From NCBI GenBank assembly GCA_027923505.1, contig BROI01000002.1:124001-188000 (forward strand): a stretch of DNA of 64,000 nt, read 5' to 3'. Position numbers and translations under genes: made by a program. Under the pieces are notes generated by a model. That model had not been told where the DNA came from. It searched no databases and saw only the letters and a list, made by a program, of their open reading frames with translations. Positions 36,460-47,424 of the stretch are shown here, in pieces. Positions within the stretch are counted from its first letter, which is position 1, and every line of letters starts with the position of its first letter. Source of the stretch: Mayamaea pseudoterrestris (Eukaryota).

Positions 36460-37808
36460 GGAGGGAAGGGCTAACGGTACAAGAGGAGGCGATGAAATGA
36501 TTGCCTCGCGCCATTCTTGAGGTGCTTTTGAGCGGGTAGAGTTGTTGTCTGAGAGTTGGTTTGTTCGTTGCAGCGGAACATGACAAACAAGACCTTTTTG
36601 ACTTTGCAAGCTCACAAGCATCTTGAGAATGGCGCGAGGCAGTCATTTCATCGACTACTCTCGCCTCGTTGCCCTTTCTCTCCTTACAAAAAAAAGTTAA
36701 ATGAAAAGTATTTTACGTGATTATAGACATTACTCTAGTATTTTTAGGCAGGCCATTCTACGCCCTGACCAGGTACGATGGTACAAGTAGATTGATGCAG
36801 TGTGTGATATCTTCTCGCCTGGCGTCGCAGGCTTGCGAGTGTTCCTCGTACTTGTACAACAACGTTAGCTCGTGTCTTAGCACCATCAATTGATGTCGCA
36901 CCGCATATGACATGCGGTTCGTTTTGCTTCGGCATCGCTCACTTTTCCGACCGTAACGACGCCGCAAGCTTGATCTTGCTGTTTGTCCGTCACATTCTCT
37001 CCATTTTACGTTTAGACTGCGTGAAAGAACGTAGCATTTGCTGAACGAAATGTTTTGGGATACGATATGGATCCTTTGAAGATTCTGTCAAATCTGTCAT
37101 ACCGTGACATTTGACATGTGACAGGGGATGGGAATGCCATACTCTTCGTCCATAATTGCTGCACGGAGATACGATACTTGTGATCTCATCTCGCAACAAC
37201 AGGAACGAGAATAGGCAGAAGATGGCGGTCTCTTATTAAGCGAGCCGTGGGAAGCTTTCGGTCTTGCGCTTCATGGCTTGATGACTGCTAATTGGGACTC
37301 AAATGGCAGCAATCTACAGCAACTCTAAAAGAATGCATATCAGAAACATGCTCAAGCAAAACGCTGAGAACGCAAGTCGTCTTTTACCAAGGAGCGACAG
37401 CGACGACGAGACCTTCCTTTCATGACGAATTGTGGGGTTCGCAGTCATGTCGTAGTATGAATCGGGCGCTCTACACGTGTATTCGCCTCCCGTCGCACGA
37501 CCCCTTTCATCACAGATTGATGGCGATCACCACACCGTTGGCTGCACCCGTCGGAGCGATTTTTCAAATATTGCAACGCCTACACGTTCTCGGTTCGTAG
37601 AGTATTCCGGCACATGGTGGCACGGTGCAACGCACATGGTCCAACTGAAACAGGCACACAAGCTTCACCAATAAACCTTGGCGCTGCACCTCTATCACTT
37701 GCATTATAAAATGGCTGCATCGGTTTGCGTTGCAAGGAGTTTTGCATTTGCTGGTACTGCGATTGGGCATTTTCGTTTGAGGGTTCCATGGTCCTAGTTG
37801 CATTCTTG

Positions 37809-39453
37809 ATGGAGGGCGGCGGCAGTAATGAAGAGTCGGGCAAGCGCAAGTCGACTCGAGCCGACCAACCGACGCAGCAGCATCCAAGAAATGTTGCGGC
37901 GGAGGCGCTGGAAGGTCAATATGGCGGGACGCATCCCTTGGCCGAGTGGAGCTCGATGGAAGGTGGGTATTCATCGTCGTCATATCCAGCGTCCTATGCG
38001 TTTGAAGGCATGGCCGCGGCGAGCAGCGCCTATCAACAGGAGACGGAAGGCATGTCGTTTGATATGGCATACCGGGCGCACATGGAGGATGACGGACACT
38101 TGTTGCGTCACGACCGAAAAGAGGAAGGAGGGCATTCACGCTTGCAGCTGAATAGCTCGGACGAGACCAAGGATGAAGATGATGACCGCAAACCTGCGGC
38201 TCGAACCTCCAATGATCGACTCATGGAGCAGCTGGAACGTTCCTTTCCGGACGTGCCCCACCAAGAAGATTCTTACTTTGGCGACTTGCCAGGAGCACTC
38301 GGTCCGGCTCCTCCGTATGCAGCTTACCCGCCAATGCCGTACGCTGCCATGCAACATCCTGCAGAGGAGAGCTACCCAACACCATATCGAAGCCATCACT
38401 TTGAAGCGCATCCGTCGCATTCCTACGGCATCCACTCCCCGTACCAAATGATCATGCTCGGGGATCCCTTGACTCGTGCAATGACTGGCTCTGATGGTCA
38501 GGATTTGGCTGCTCGAAGCAGTCCAATGCCTCTTACACCTGGCCAGGCGCCCTATGCGACTGCCTATGACTTTCCTACTCATCCGGCACCATCCGCGGCA
38601 GAGGCTCGTGCGAACCCTCCTTCGCCAGAGACGGCGATTGAGTTGACTGCGGATCGCTTGTACCCTAGCGATGAGGAATTGAGTCGAGCAAAGCATGAGC
38701 GCGATCGCAAAGCTATCGTGAAATGGTACGATCGCTTTCGTGAATTGATTTCCTACAAGGGCGAGCATGGAAATACGGCGGTGCCGCAGAAGTATCCGAG
38801 GAACAAGCAACTAGGAAGCTGGGTGAACAAGATGAGAGACCTGGAGCGACAGCGTAAGCAGGGCAAACACAACTTTTTGAACGATCGAATGTGGGAGAAC
38901 CTCAAACTCATTGGATTCGTTTCTGCCAAGCCCAAGGTGCGACAAATTATCAGTTTTATGTCTGAATTCGCTTGTCTGAACTAAATGATTTTGTTCTTGC
39001 TTCATTTTGCAATAAAATAGGGAGACCCACTTTGGATGCTGCGTTATAACCAATTAAAGGAGTACTATCATACGACTCACCATTCGAATGTGCGTCTGTC
39101 ATTCTTTGCGCGCAGCGAGTGTTTGGTAGCTTTTGATGCTAACTGCTGTTTCTTTTATTCGCGCAGGTACCAACTAAGTATGCGCAGAACAGAGGTAAGT
39201 TTCTTCGACTGCCAGTGCGTGATGTTTTTGCTTAGTGCAAGATGGAGACTAACGATCATGATGCGAAACAGCGCTTGGACGATGGGTAAGCACGCAAAGA
39301 TTAAGCTACCGCTTGTACTCGCAAGGCCAATTAAGCTCGATGACGCCTGAACGGGTGCGATTGCTCGAGGAATTGTCGTTCGTCTGGGATGCCGCACCTG
39401 ATCGCGATGGGTCGGCCGAAGAGGATCGAAATGGGGATGGAAGGAGTGAATAA
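37809..39453 (+). CDS. Helicase-associated (HA) domain protein with two HA repeats and a Pro/Tyr-rich N-terminus
   Basis: Exons 37809-38936, 39021-39089, 39167-39194 and 39272-39453. WYDRFRELISYKGEHGNTAVPQKY...LGSWVNKMR and WMLRYNQLKEY...NVPTKY...LGRWVSTQR...ERVRLLEELSFVW. Confidence 0.88.
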
Positions 39454-39597
39454 CGTTTTCAGTACTGGTCTGCAGATGCCCACGTCTATTGTTTGTTGTC
39501 CATGGTTAGTTTTGTTGAATAGTGGGGACACATCTGCTTGTTGCACGTGGCCTATGTGTAGAGAAAGGATATTTTATTTTCGTATAAGCCTACAATA

Positions 39598-42500
39598 TCA
39601 CAGTGCTGCCGAGTTGTAGCACCGACATGTATTGGTCGTGGCAATTATCCGATTCTCGTCGTCTTTGTCACTCATGCTTGAATTTGAAGAAAAATCGTCT
39701 ACATCCATATCAGAGCCATCTGCATTATCATCGAGCATTTGCTGGTCAGGTTCAACAACAAGAGAACGGTCAGGTAGCTCCGATTTTTCGTCGACGTCCA
39801 TCATTGAGTCATCGCCTGCAGAACGAGCAAGCAACGTTTCGTCTTCAAGTTGCCCACATGCACCATTGATGTTCTGGGTCAATGGTGAGTGCTTGCACAT
39901 CATTTCGGTGCCTGGATCAGGTTTCACCTCGACGAGCGATAGTTTTGGTATCACTGGGTTGGAGAGTGTATGTTCATCAACAGGTAAAGCCACATGCTCA
40001 ATTGGATTTGATTGCAAATCAGGTAACATTTCGGAACGACTCTCAGCACCGCTTGCTGCAGGAAAGCTTGTATTGGATTCCTTCTTCTCGTCATCCTTTG
40101 CTTCCTCTGCGGCTTCGCGCAACGCCTTTGTTGTCAAATACGTCTGGTGCAGATAATGGAGTCTTTCAATTAAGCTCATCAATTGCTTGCGCAACAGTTG
40201 GATTTCTTCCATATCAAACTTGAATTCTTTCGCATTTGTAATGGTCTTGTAAAACTGTTGATTGCCTTCATGACCATCGCGTACTTTGAAAGATGTGCCC
40301 TTACTTAGCTGATATAAGGCGTACGCATAGCGACAGACGAACACTCCACAGTCGCAAAAGTTGTCCTGTCTTGGGACTGCAAACGATGTGAGCGATCTAG
40401 CCAAACATGACTGTTTAAACGCGCAAATATCGCAACACTCACCTTCAGGCATGAACAACCTCATCGATTTTTCGTGAAACGGTCCAGAACGATCACCTTT
40501 TAAACGCTCCCACTCTCTATTCAGCCATTTGTGAATATTTCTTTGCTGGTACAATATAGCAAGAAAGGGGTTAGAGACTGTTTACAGGGCAACGTCGTTT
40601 GCTTCGTGTCGCCAAAATTGCGACAACATACCACTAGATTCTTATTGTGGCTCTTAAGTGAGTCAAAAAATAGGATGCATGGCAGATCCGATGACTCTTC
40701 CGAGAGGGTTGCGCCAGCTTCCTGTAGATCGATAAAATCCTTGATTCTGCCTGGGTTTACAATGACGCAAAGCGACCAATGGAGCGCCTTGTTGATTGGA
40801 ATGAAGATCATTTTCTTCTCAAAAATATTGAGCTCCCGGTTCTTCCTGCTCGTCCACGAGGCAACCGCATCAACTCCGTGATCTGCAAGTTTGGTGTAAA
40901 AGTGAGTGGAAAAGAAGTGGGAGTCCTTCCCGTCATTGTTGCGAGATATCCACCGCAATACAAAGTCAATGACATTATCATTGAGCCACTCCCCGGGCTC
41001 GAGTAGGAGGAAATCCTCGGCCAACAACGTGACAGTTCCCGAGCTAATTTTCTTTGCAACCTTAGTTTCGTCAGCAGTTTCCAAGGCAGCCATCGACGCA
41101 TCCGGGCCGGTGACAACATGGTTTGTCTGGTCATTCAAAACCGCATAGTCGGGCCCACCAAAAACCGTGAGATCGGCAGCTGCCTTTTCAATTTGCAGCA
41201 CATCGCCATCAAAAGGATAAACCAAAATTGTATCTTTACCGGCTAAAAACGGGTAGGCATCCTTCCCCGTCGTCCGCTCTACTAGGTTACGTTTGGTGAT
41301 TGCAGCCGACTGCGCAGCAAGAGACGCGGTAAAATGTGCAGCTTCCTGCCTAGTATCAATTCGGCATTCCTCCTGAGTATATTTCGCCCAACGATCCATG
41401 CCCGTTAAGTGAGCAATCACTTCGTCAAATGAAGCTTGAGTGTCAAACTCAATGACAATGTATCGATATTCTTCGTTAGCCTTGTCAGGCTGGTAGACAT
41501 TAGAATACTGGATCAACTGATTTTTGGAGTTTTTCGTCGCTTGCAACGCAAAAAAAGGTTTCAAATCGCCTTCTCGGTCATTGTTGGGAAAGTCGTTATC
41601 ATCTGGTGTAAAGAGCTTCATCATTTCAATATCTCCAATTTGAATTGTATGGGCGGCTTCGACAAGGTCCTTGTCCGCATCAGGGTTACATCGCGTCACT
41701 CGGCCCTTTGGGATGCAGCATTTGATAGCAATGCTATCCCTCGAAAGCTGCAAAAAACATTTCCCTTTGGACACCTTTTTGCCGATGGCGATCCGACTAG
41801 GCAAGAACCGTTGTAAGCGGTTTTGCTTTTCGTAAACGGCTGCATTGTTGCTGTCGTCATAATTGGTAATCTTGTCGTCATCTAGCGCGGTCGTCTGACT
41901 TGCCAACAATCTGCTGCTTCGCCGCGTACCGGATTCGTAATTCGTTGAATAGTTCGTAGAAGGAGTATTTTGGAACCAAGTTCCCATTCTTTCTCGATCC
42001 GCGCCGCGTTGATCAAGCGAATGAGGCTCCTTGAATCCCTTGCTGCAGTATGCTCGTGATTCTGTGGATATGAAGAGCTTGTGAGACAAGAAATTGGAGT
42101 GCTTAATGAAACAATGCCTGACACTTACTCGTTGGTTCTTCACTGTCCCTATTTTGGATACTAGCACCAACTACTATGGCGCTACCCTTTTGCTTGTTGC
42201 CAGCCTTTCGCAATGGTTTCTTTGCTTCCGCTACAATGAGAACAAGTACTGTCAGCAGCGTGTTTGCGGCAAAAATATAAGCATGTACCGTGACAACAGT
42301 ACTTACCAGAATTTTGTCGTTCATTGTTATGCTTTGTCAACGAGAATGTACTAGCCACTGCGCTCACAGCGCTGGATGCAACATTGTAGAGATCGGTCAT
42401 CTTTTCCTTGCTTCTAGTCGCAAGACTCTTTTCATTTGACGAAGACGACGACGCGCAATATACTTCCGTTTCCGACTGCGCGACAGCCTTGGCTAGTTTA

Positions 42501-43729
42501 CGTCCGCTCGCATCGTCCCGTCCCTCGTCGCCGTCATCATCGTCAGGAACGTCGTAAACCTTCTTGTCGTTTGCCTTGGCTGACTCCATCTTTCGTGTCA
42601 ATTGTCCGCCATTTATTGGCAATGGAATAGTGTCGTCCGACTCGTAACTGTCGTCCTGGCCGTGGAAAATGTCATCCAGCAATGCGCTTGTCGTGTCGTC
42701 GATAGGCTTGGGAGTGGTCGCCAATTCTTTTATAGTTACAGTGTGACCGCCGATTAAGCTCGCTGAAGTCTTTTTGCGCCCCTTGAGCCGCTTGGAACTG
42801 CTGCTACTCTCTCCATATTTTCGCAGTCGGCGACCTTTTGTCAATTTTTCGTCGGATCCGTCGTTTCGACTCGCATCACTCGCAGAGGCTTTTGCCAACT
42901 TTCCGTCGGGTCCGACGCGACTACTCACATCACTCGCAGATGTCCGATTGCTATTACACAGAGCAGCATCGGACGGTGCACTCTCGCTGTCTTCATTGCT
43001 GGAGCTTGATGAAGTACTGACGTGCAAGGAGTATCGTGAAGTGGATGTATCGGAAGCAGCAGCCTTCTTGGACTGTTTCGCGGGCGGAGACGGCCGACGC
43101 TTTTCTCCAACTTCTGATTCTGTCGAGCTATTATCGTCCATGAGATCAACGACTTCCTGCTTTGCTGGTGCTTTTATTGGTTGCTGTCGCTGCTGCTGCT
43201 GATTCACAGTGCGATTATGATTGTGATTACTTACGTCGGACGATGGCGAATCATTCATCGACGGATCACAAGAATTGATAGGCATTTGCTTGCGCGGAAT
43301 CTTCATCATATTCAATGCACCTACTTTCTTGACGCCCTCCTTCATTTTGGGAATTTGTTTTAAAACTTGCTTTTCACCTTGGTTGCTCCGCGCCACGTCC
43401 AATGGACCCATGAATCCTCGCTTGTTGCGCTTGCGACCATTTGCTGCGGCAAACACATCCTTTCTGTTTCCGTTATTCACGGCTGGTCGTTTGCGCTGCA
43501 GCTTGGACTGAGCTGCAGCTGTTAAAGGCTCATCATCATCGTCGCTTCCAACGTGAAAGACATCTGGACTCCTGGGACGTCCAGTCTTGGAAGGATCGCC
43601 TAAATCAAACAGAGTGCCGCCCATCGCAGCGGCGACTCCCCCGTGGTGGTACTTGCTACTGCTGGCACGCCGCTTCTTGGACGTGCCATGACGTGTTCCA
43701 GGCCGATTGTTGTAAGGGTCGTCACTCAT
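39598..43729 (-). CDS. Ulp1-family (C48) SUMO protease, Ulp2/SENP6-7-like
   Basis: Exons 43729-42307, 42230-42129, 42061-40632 and 40545-39598. LEPGEWLNDNVIDF, FSTHFYTKL, catalytic HWSL, FFDSL and PRQDNFCDCGVF; long disordered N-terminus. Confidence 0.92.
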
Positions 43730-44507
43730 TGAAAAAAGTGACAGTCGAGCTGAATCTAGAAACGCAGATAACTCGCTTGCAACTTTATCGCAAAAAATCA
43801 GAGGGAAGAATCAACAAATTCTTATGCAATAGCAAGGCAGCAGATTGATACCACAACCAAGGCGAAACGTCTGTTGGCAATGACTGATTTGCTCTGGCAC
43901 TCGAAATCGCAGTGTCGCGAAAGCCACGCTTGATGCAAAAGGGTACGAGGTGCGTGAATCGTCTCTATCGATAATGATTGCTAGAGCAGCCTCAAATGCA
44001 AAGTGTTCAAACTGATGCGACGAATATACTCAAGCGCTTGCAGCAGGTAATTCTCACGGAGCACAAGGCTGCTTCTCCATGGCGATGCGCGCCCTTCACG
44101 TTGGATGTTTCGCGCGCCGACCGGGTCATTTTGTCGGACCGTTACTCATTGAACGGGGTAGTTTTTCGGGTGACTGTTTGGACTTGTTGACAAGTTTGCT
44201 TGTCTCTAGCAGCTTGTATTATAAAACATGGATGTTGCAGTGTCGTTACGCATGTCAAAGTGTAGTGATCCCGTACGGATGGGGCGGCAACAATGTTCGT
44301 TCAATCCATGGACGCGAATCTGCTAGCTGTCTTTGCAATGCTACTGAAAGACGGCTTTTCTACGATCTTAACTGTTTTATACTCCAGTATCTCTTACTTT
44401 CGTTATGCTTAATATCTATTGCTCAATAGTATACCTTGTAGTCGTCTGAATAAACTTAAACCTCGCTGCTGACTGCCTCTTCACTGGAACCGCATGCCTA
44501 CCAACCT

Positions 44508-45386
44508 CTATTCACTTCCAGCCACCTTCTTGGTATAAGGCCATTCTTTATCATAAGCTTCATTTGGCGGTAGCTGCATTAATGCTTCTGGTAACGTCAA
44601 CCCAATGACGTCCTCCATGACGCGACCATTTGCAATGTATTTTTCAATATTCGCCGGATCCTCCGACCACCGCAGCGAGTCGCGCGCAAAGGTGGGAGCC
44701 GTCGACTCGTACACTCGCACAAAGTGTGCAATGAACCGCACGTAATAGTCGGCAAAGGATGGACTTTTGGCCATGAGACCCGTATCACGGAGCGCCCAAA
44801 AGTGCAGTCGCATCCAGACGCGACACTCGTCGAGCGCAAAGTGTCGACCAATTTCATGGTCGGGACGCTTGGGCGAGTACCAGGCCGCCGCGTGCGCCGA
44901 GCTGCGATCATGGACAATGTGACGAATACCGTCGGCCAATGTGACTGGTTCCTTGGAGCGCGTTTGACGGTCGTCGTCCCAATCGCTCGAGCCAGTGAGC
45001 TTGGTCACAATCCACTTGGCGAATCGACTCGCATGTGGGTCGTCATGAGAGCGAATAAACTTGTCCAAGATCTTGTCCTGAAAAGCATTCTCGTAAAAAA
45101 GGGTCGTCATTGCTTGCAAATCCTGTAGAGACACCTCTTGTTCGAGGAGTTGCTTGGATGCTTGCGAAACGATGTGAGTGCGGCCGCCTTCGGCCATTGT
45201 GAGTGGAATGAATCGGAAAGGGTAGACCTTTGTGTTAGTGTTCTCAGAGTGCGAAAGTGAATCGTTGTTGTCGACTCTTGCTGAGGTGGGCTGATCATTC
45301 TGGAAGCACGACTCGGCCATCAAGTCGCCGTCGCTGGAGCGGAGCGTGGTTTCGTCACGTTGAATGCTTGTCATTTTCTCGATCAT
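44508..45386 (-). CDS. Truncated (2/2) hemoglobin-like globin, group II-like
   Basis: B-helix FYENAFQD (TyrB10), HASRFAKWI...KLTG (E helix), SAH (proximal His F8 candidate) and FALDECRVWMRL (TrpG8). Confidence 0.75.
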   Translation of the reverse strand: MIEKMTSIQRDETTLRSSDGDLMAESCFQNDQPTSARVDNNDSLSHSENTNTKVYPFRFIPLTMAEGGRTHIVSQASKQLLEQEVSLQDLQAMTTLFYENAFQDKILDKFIRSHDDPHASRFAKWIVTKLTGSSDWDDDRQTRSKEPVTLADGIRHIVHDRSSAHAAAWYSPKRPDHEIGRHFALDECRVWMRLHFWALRDTGLMAKSPSFADYYVRFIAHFVRVYESTAPTFARDSLRWSEDPANIEKYIANGRVMEDVIGLTLPEALMQLPPNEAYDKEWPYTKKVAGSE

Positions 45387-45498
45387 TGTTGTCTCTTTTC
45401 GTACATGTGATGCGTTGATCTTGCCTTTAATATTTATGGCCCATGATCTGAGGCAGTAAAGTTTGCTCATCCAGGTGCAAGTTTGACAAGCATTTTTG

Positions 45499-45907
45499 TC
45501 GCTACGAATTGTAAATCAACTGGGAATCGGAAGCCTATTACGTCACTCGTTTCACGCGAAGCGGAAAATTGTCGCTTCGTTTGCGGCGGCCATAAATCAC
45601 TTCACTCATGTCTTCATCGGAAACCTGCAAGTCCTCTAGCTTACAGAGAGGCTCCAGTACCTTCGACAGTATAGGTTGGACTGTCATGTGATTGTTAATG
45701 AGCCTCATACGTTAGTTGTTTGACAAGGGCGAAGGATGCGATGCTTTGGTGTCGACGACGGAACGAGGACGGACCGACGACGGACTGACGACGGAACGAG
45801 TCTCCGCGAAGATATCGCGTGCAAACGAAGCGACAATTTTGCGCTTCGTGTGAAACGAGTGACGTTCCATGAGTACCGGTTCCCACTTGATTTACAATTT
45901 GTAGCGA
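45499..45907. repeat. Long imperfect inverted repeat (86/87-bp arms, 236-bp spacer)
   Basis: Arm 45499-45584 matches the reverse complement of 45821-45907 at 29/32, then a ~10-nt diverged patch, then 43/45. Confidence 0.93.
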
Positions 45908-46069
45908 GTTCGGTCGAACAACTTCGAACATTCCGGATTAGTACCACTAAGACTTTAAAAAGCGTTGGGATAACCAGTAAGACTTCTTTGCCCTTGACTT
46001 GGGAGAGCACCGGCACTCAACCGATCGGATTCGATTTCGCGCATCCTACTTCCACGACCATGGGAATTG

Positions 46070-47260
46070 ATGCCATCACCGGTCAGCGAAGGCACACCTC
46101 TGCTCCATTCGAAACGTCAAAGTAAGAGTTTCAGAAACATCATGTCTAGCTCAAATGCCGCATCTCCCTCGTCGCCAGTTCCAGAAACGCATACTGCATC
46201 TACAGGCAACAATGCAACCACGACACTGCCTCGCCGAACACTGGTTCGAAATGATAGTACATCATCGACAACGGTAGCATCAGCCAACTATGGTAGACTA
46301 TCGGTCCGTGGCATGAACTTTCGCATTCCCACCAACCAGGGCGCGCACGACCACGCGCTGGACCAAAACGGACAAGACTCGTGGCGCTACAAGACGGTCA
46401 AGTTTATCCACTCGAGCAAAATTCAAATTGCATTAATGGTGCTGCTGTTTTGCGATGTCATCATCTTGTTCATTGAGCTCTTGTTTTTGGCGCAGTATCC
46501 AATGTGCAATCTAACGGAGCGAGATGCAATCTCGTGTTGTCCGAGCAATGAGAAAGATACTGCTGCGGCGGCGAATGAAGTTGACTTGCGGCGAAACTTG
46601 ATAGCAATGGCTGCTGCTCCTGCACCTTGGCATAGGAGTCTTTCGGAAGCTAGCGGCGAGGAGGTTTCCTGTTCCGCCAACTTGGAGGCCTTTCCCCAGT
46701 ATCCAGCGACGTGTGACCCCGAAAAGTGGCACGTCGTTCACACCATTGAAACGGTGCTGTTTGCGGCAACAATCTTTATCCTTTCTGTCTTCATGCTGGA
46801 GTTGACAGTCTCCATGATTGCCTTGACGCCGCAAATTTTCTTTCGGCAATTCTTCTTTCTGCTGGACTTTGTGATTATTACAGTGAGCTTGGTGTTGGAG
46901 ATTGTCTTTCACGTGATTGGGGACGAAGCCATTTATGAATACGTGGCTGGATTTCTAGTAGTGGGGCGAGTTTGGAGGTTCATTCGAATTGGTCACGGTA
47001 TCGTTGAAATTACCAATGAAATGGCTCACCGCGAGTATGCCGACTTGTTAACGTATACGGACGACTTGCAGGAGCAGCTGCGTCAACACAACATATCGTT
47101 TCCGAGCATGGATGAAAAGCTCCGAAAGGCAGCCGAGGCCAAGGACAAGATTCTCGACGAGGTCAAGCGCAGGCACAACGACAAGTATGGTAAGGCGTCC
47201 AGCCACGTGGAAGATGGACGGGTAGTCGCAATGAGCGAAGCGGAAACGAGTGATGAGTAA
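46070..47260 (+). CDS. HVCN1: Voltage-gated proton channel Hv1
   Basis: Stand-alone four-TM voltage sensor; S1 Asp (LLFCDVII), S2 FMLE, S3 LDF, S4 RVWRFIR (RxWRxxR signature); C-terminal coiled coil. Confidence 0.92.
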   Translation: MPSPVSEGTPLLHSKRQSKSFRNIMSSSNAASPSSPVPETHTASTGNNATTTLPRRTLVRNDSTSSTTVASANYGRLSVRGMNFRIPTNQGAHDHALDQNGQDSWRYKTVKFIHSSKIQIALMVLLFCDVIILFIELLFLAQYPMCNLTERDAISCCPSNEKDTAAAANEVDLRRNLIAMAAAPAPWHRSLSEASGEEVSCSANLEAFPQYPATCDPEKWHVVHTIETVLFAATIFILSVFMLELTVSMIALTPQIFFRQFFFLLDFVIITVSLVLEIVFHVIGDEAIYEYVAGFLVVGRVWRFIRIGHGIVEITNEMAHREYADLLTYTDDLQEQLRQHNISFPSMDEKLRKAAEAKDKILDEVKRRHNDKYGKASSHVEDGRVVAMSEAETSDE

Positions 47261-47424
47261 TAAGGTACTGTACTGATCGTCGCAGTTCTTGTTGAATTAC
47301 TTTCAGCTAAAATAATTGCACTAAAATGTCGATCTCCGCGATAAATGAATAGCAGTGAACAAGTATACCTACAATCTAGTAGCAAACAATTAGTTCGCAA
47401 TGGGACATCAGCAGACAAAAGCCA

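Noticed and set aside
36650..37700. Short minus-strand ORFs between the two HA genes, possible pseudogene
   Set aside because: Frames do not join into a recognisable protein; no motif support.
43978..44429. 70-aa and 116-aa ORFs between the SUMO protease and globin genes
   Set aside because: No recognisable motifs; probably chance ORFs in promoter or 3' UTR sequence.
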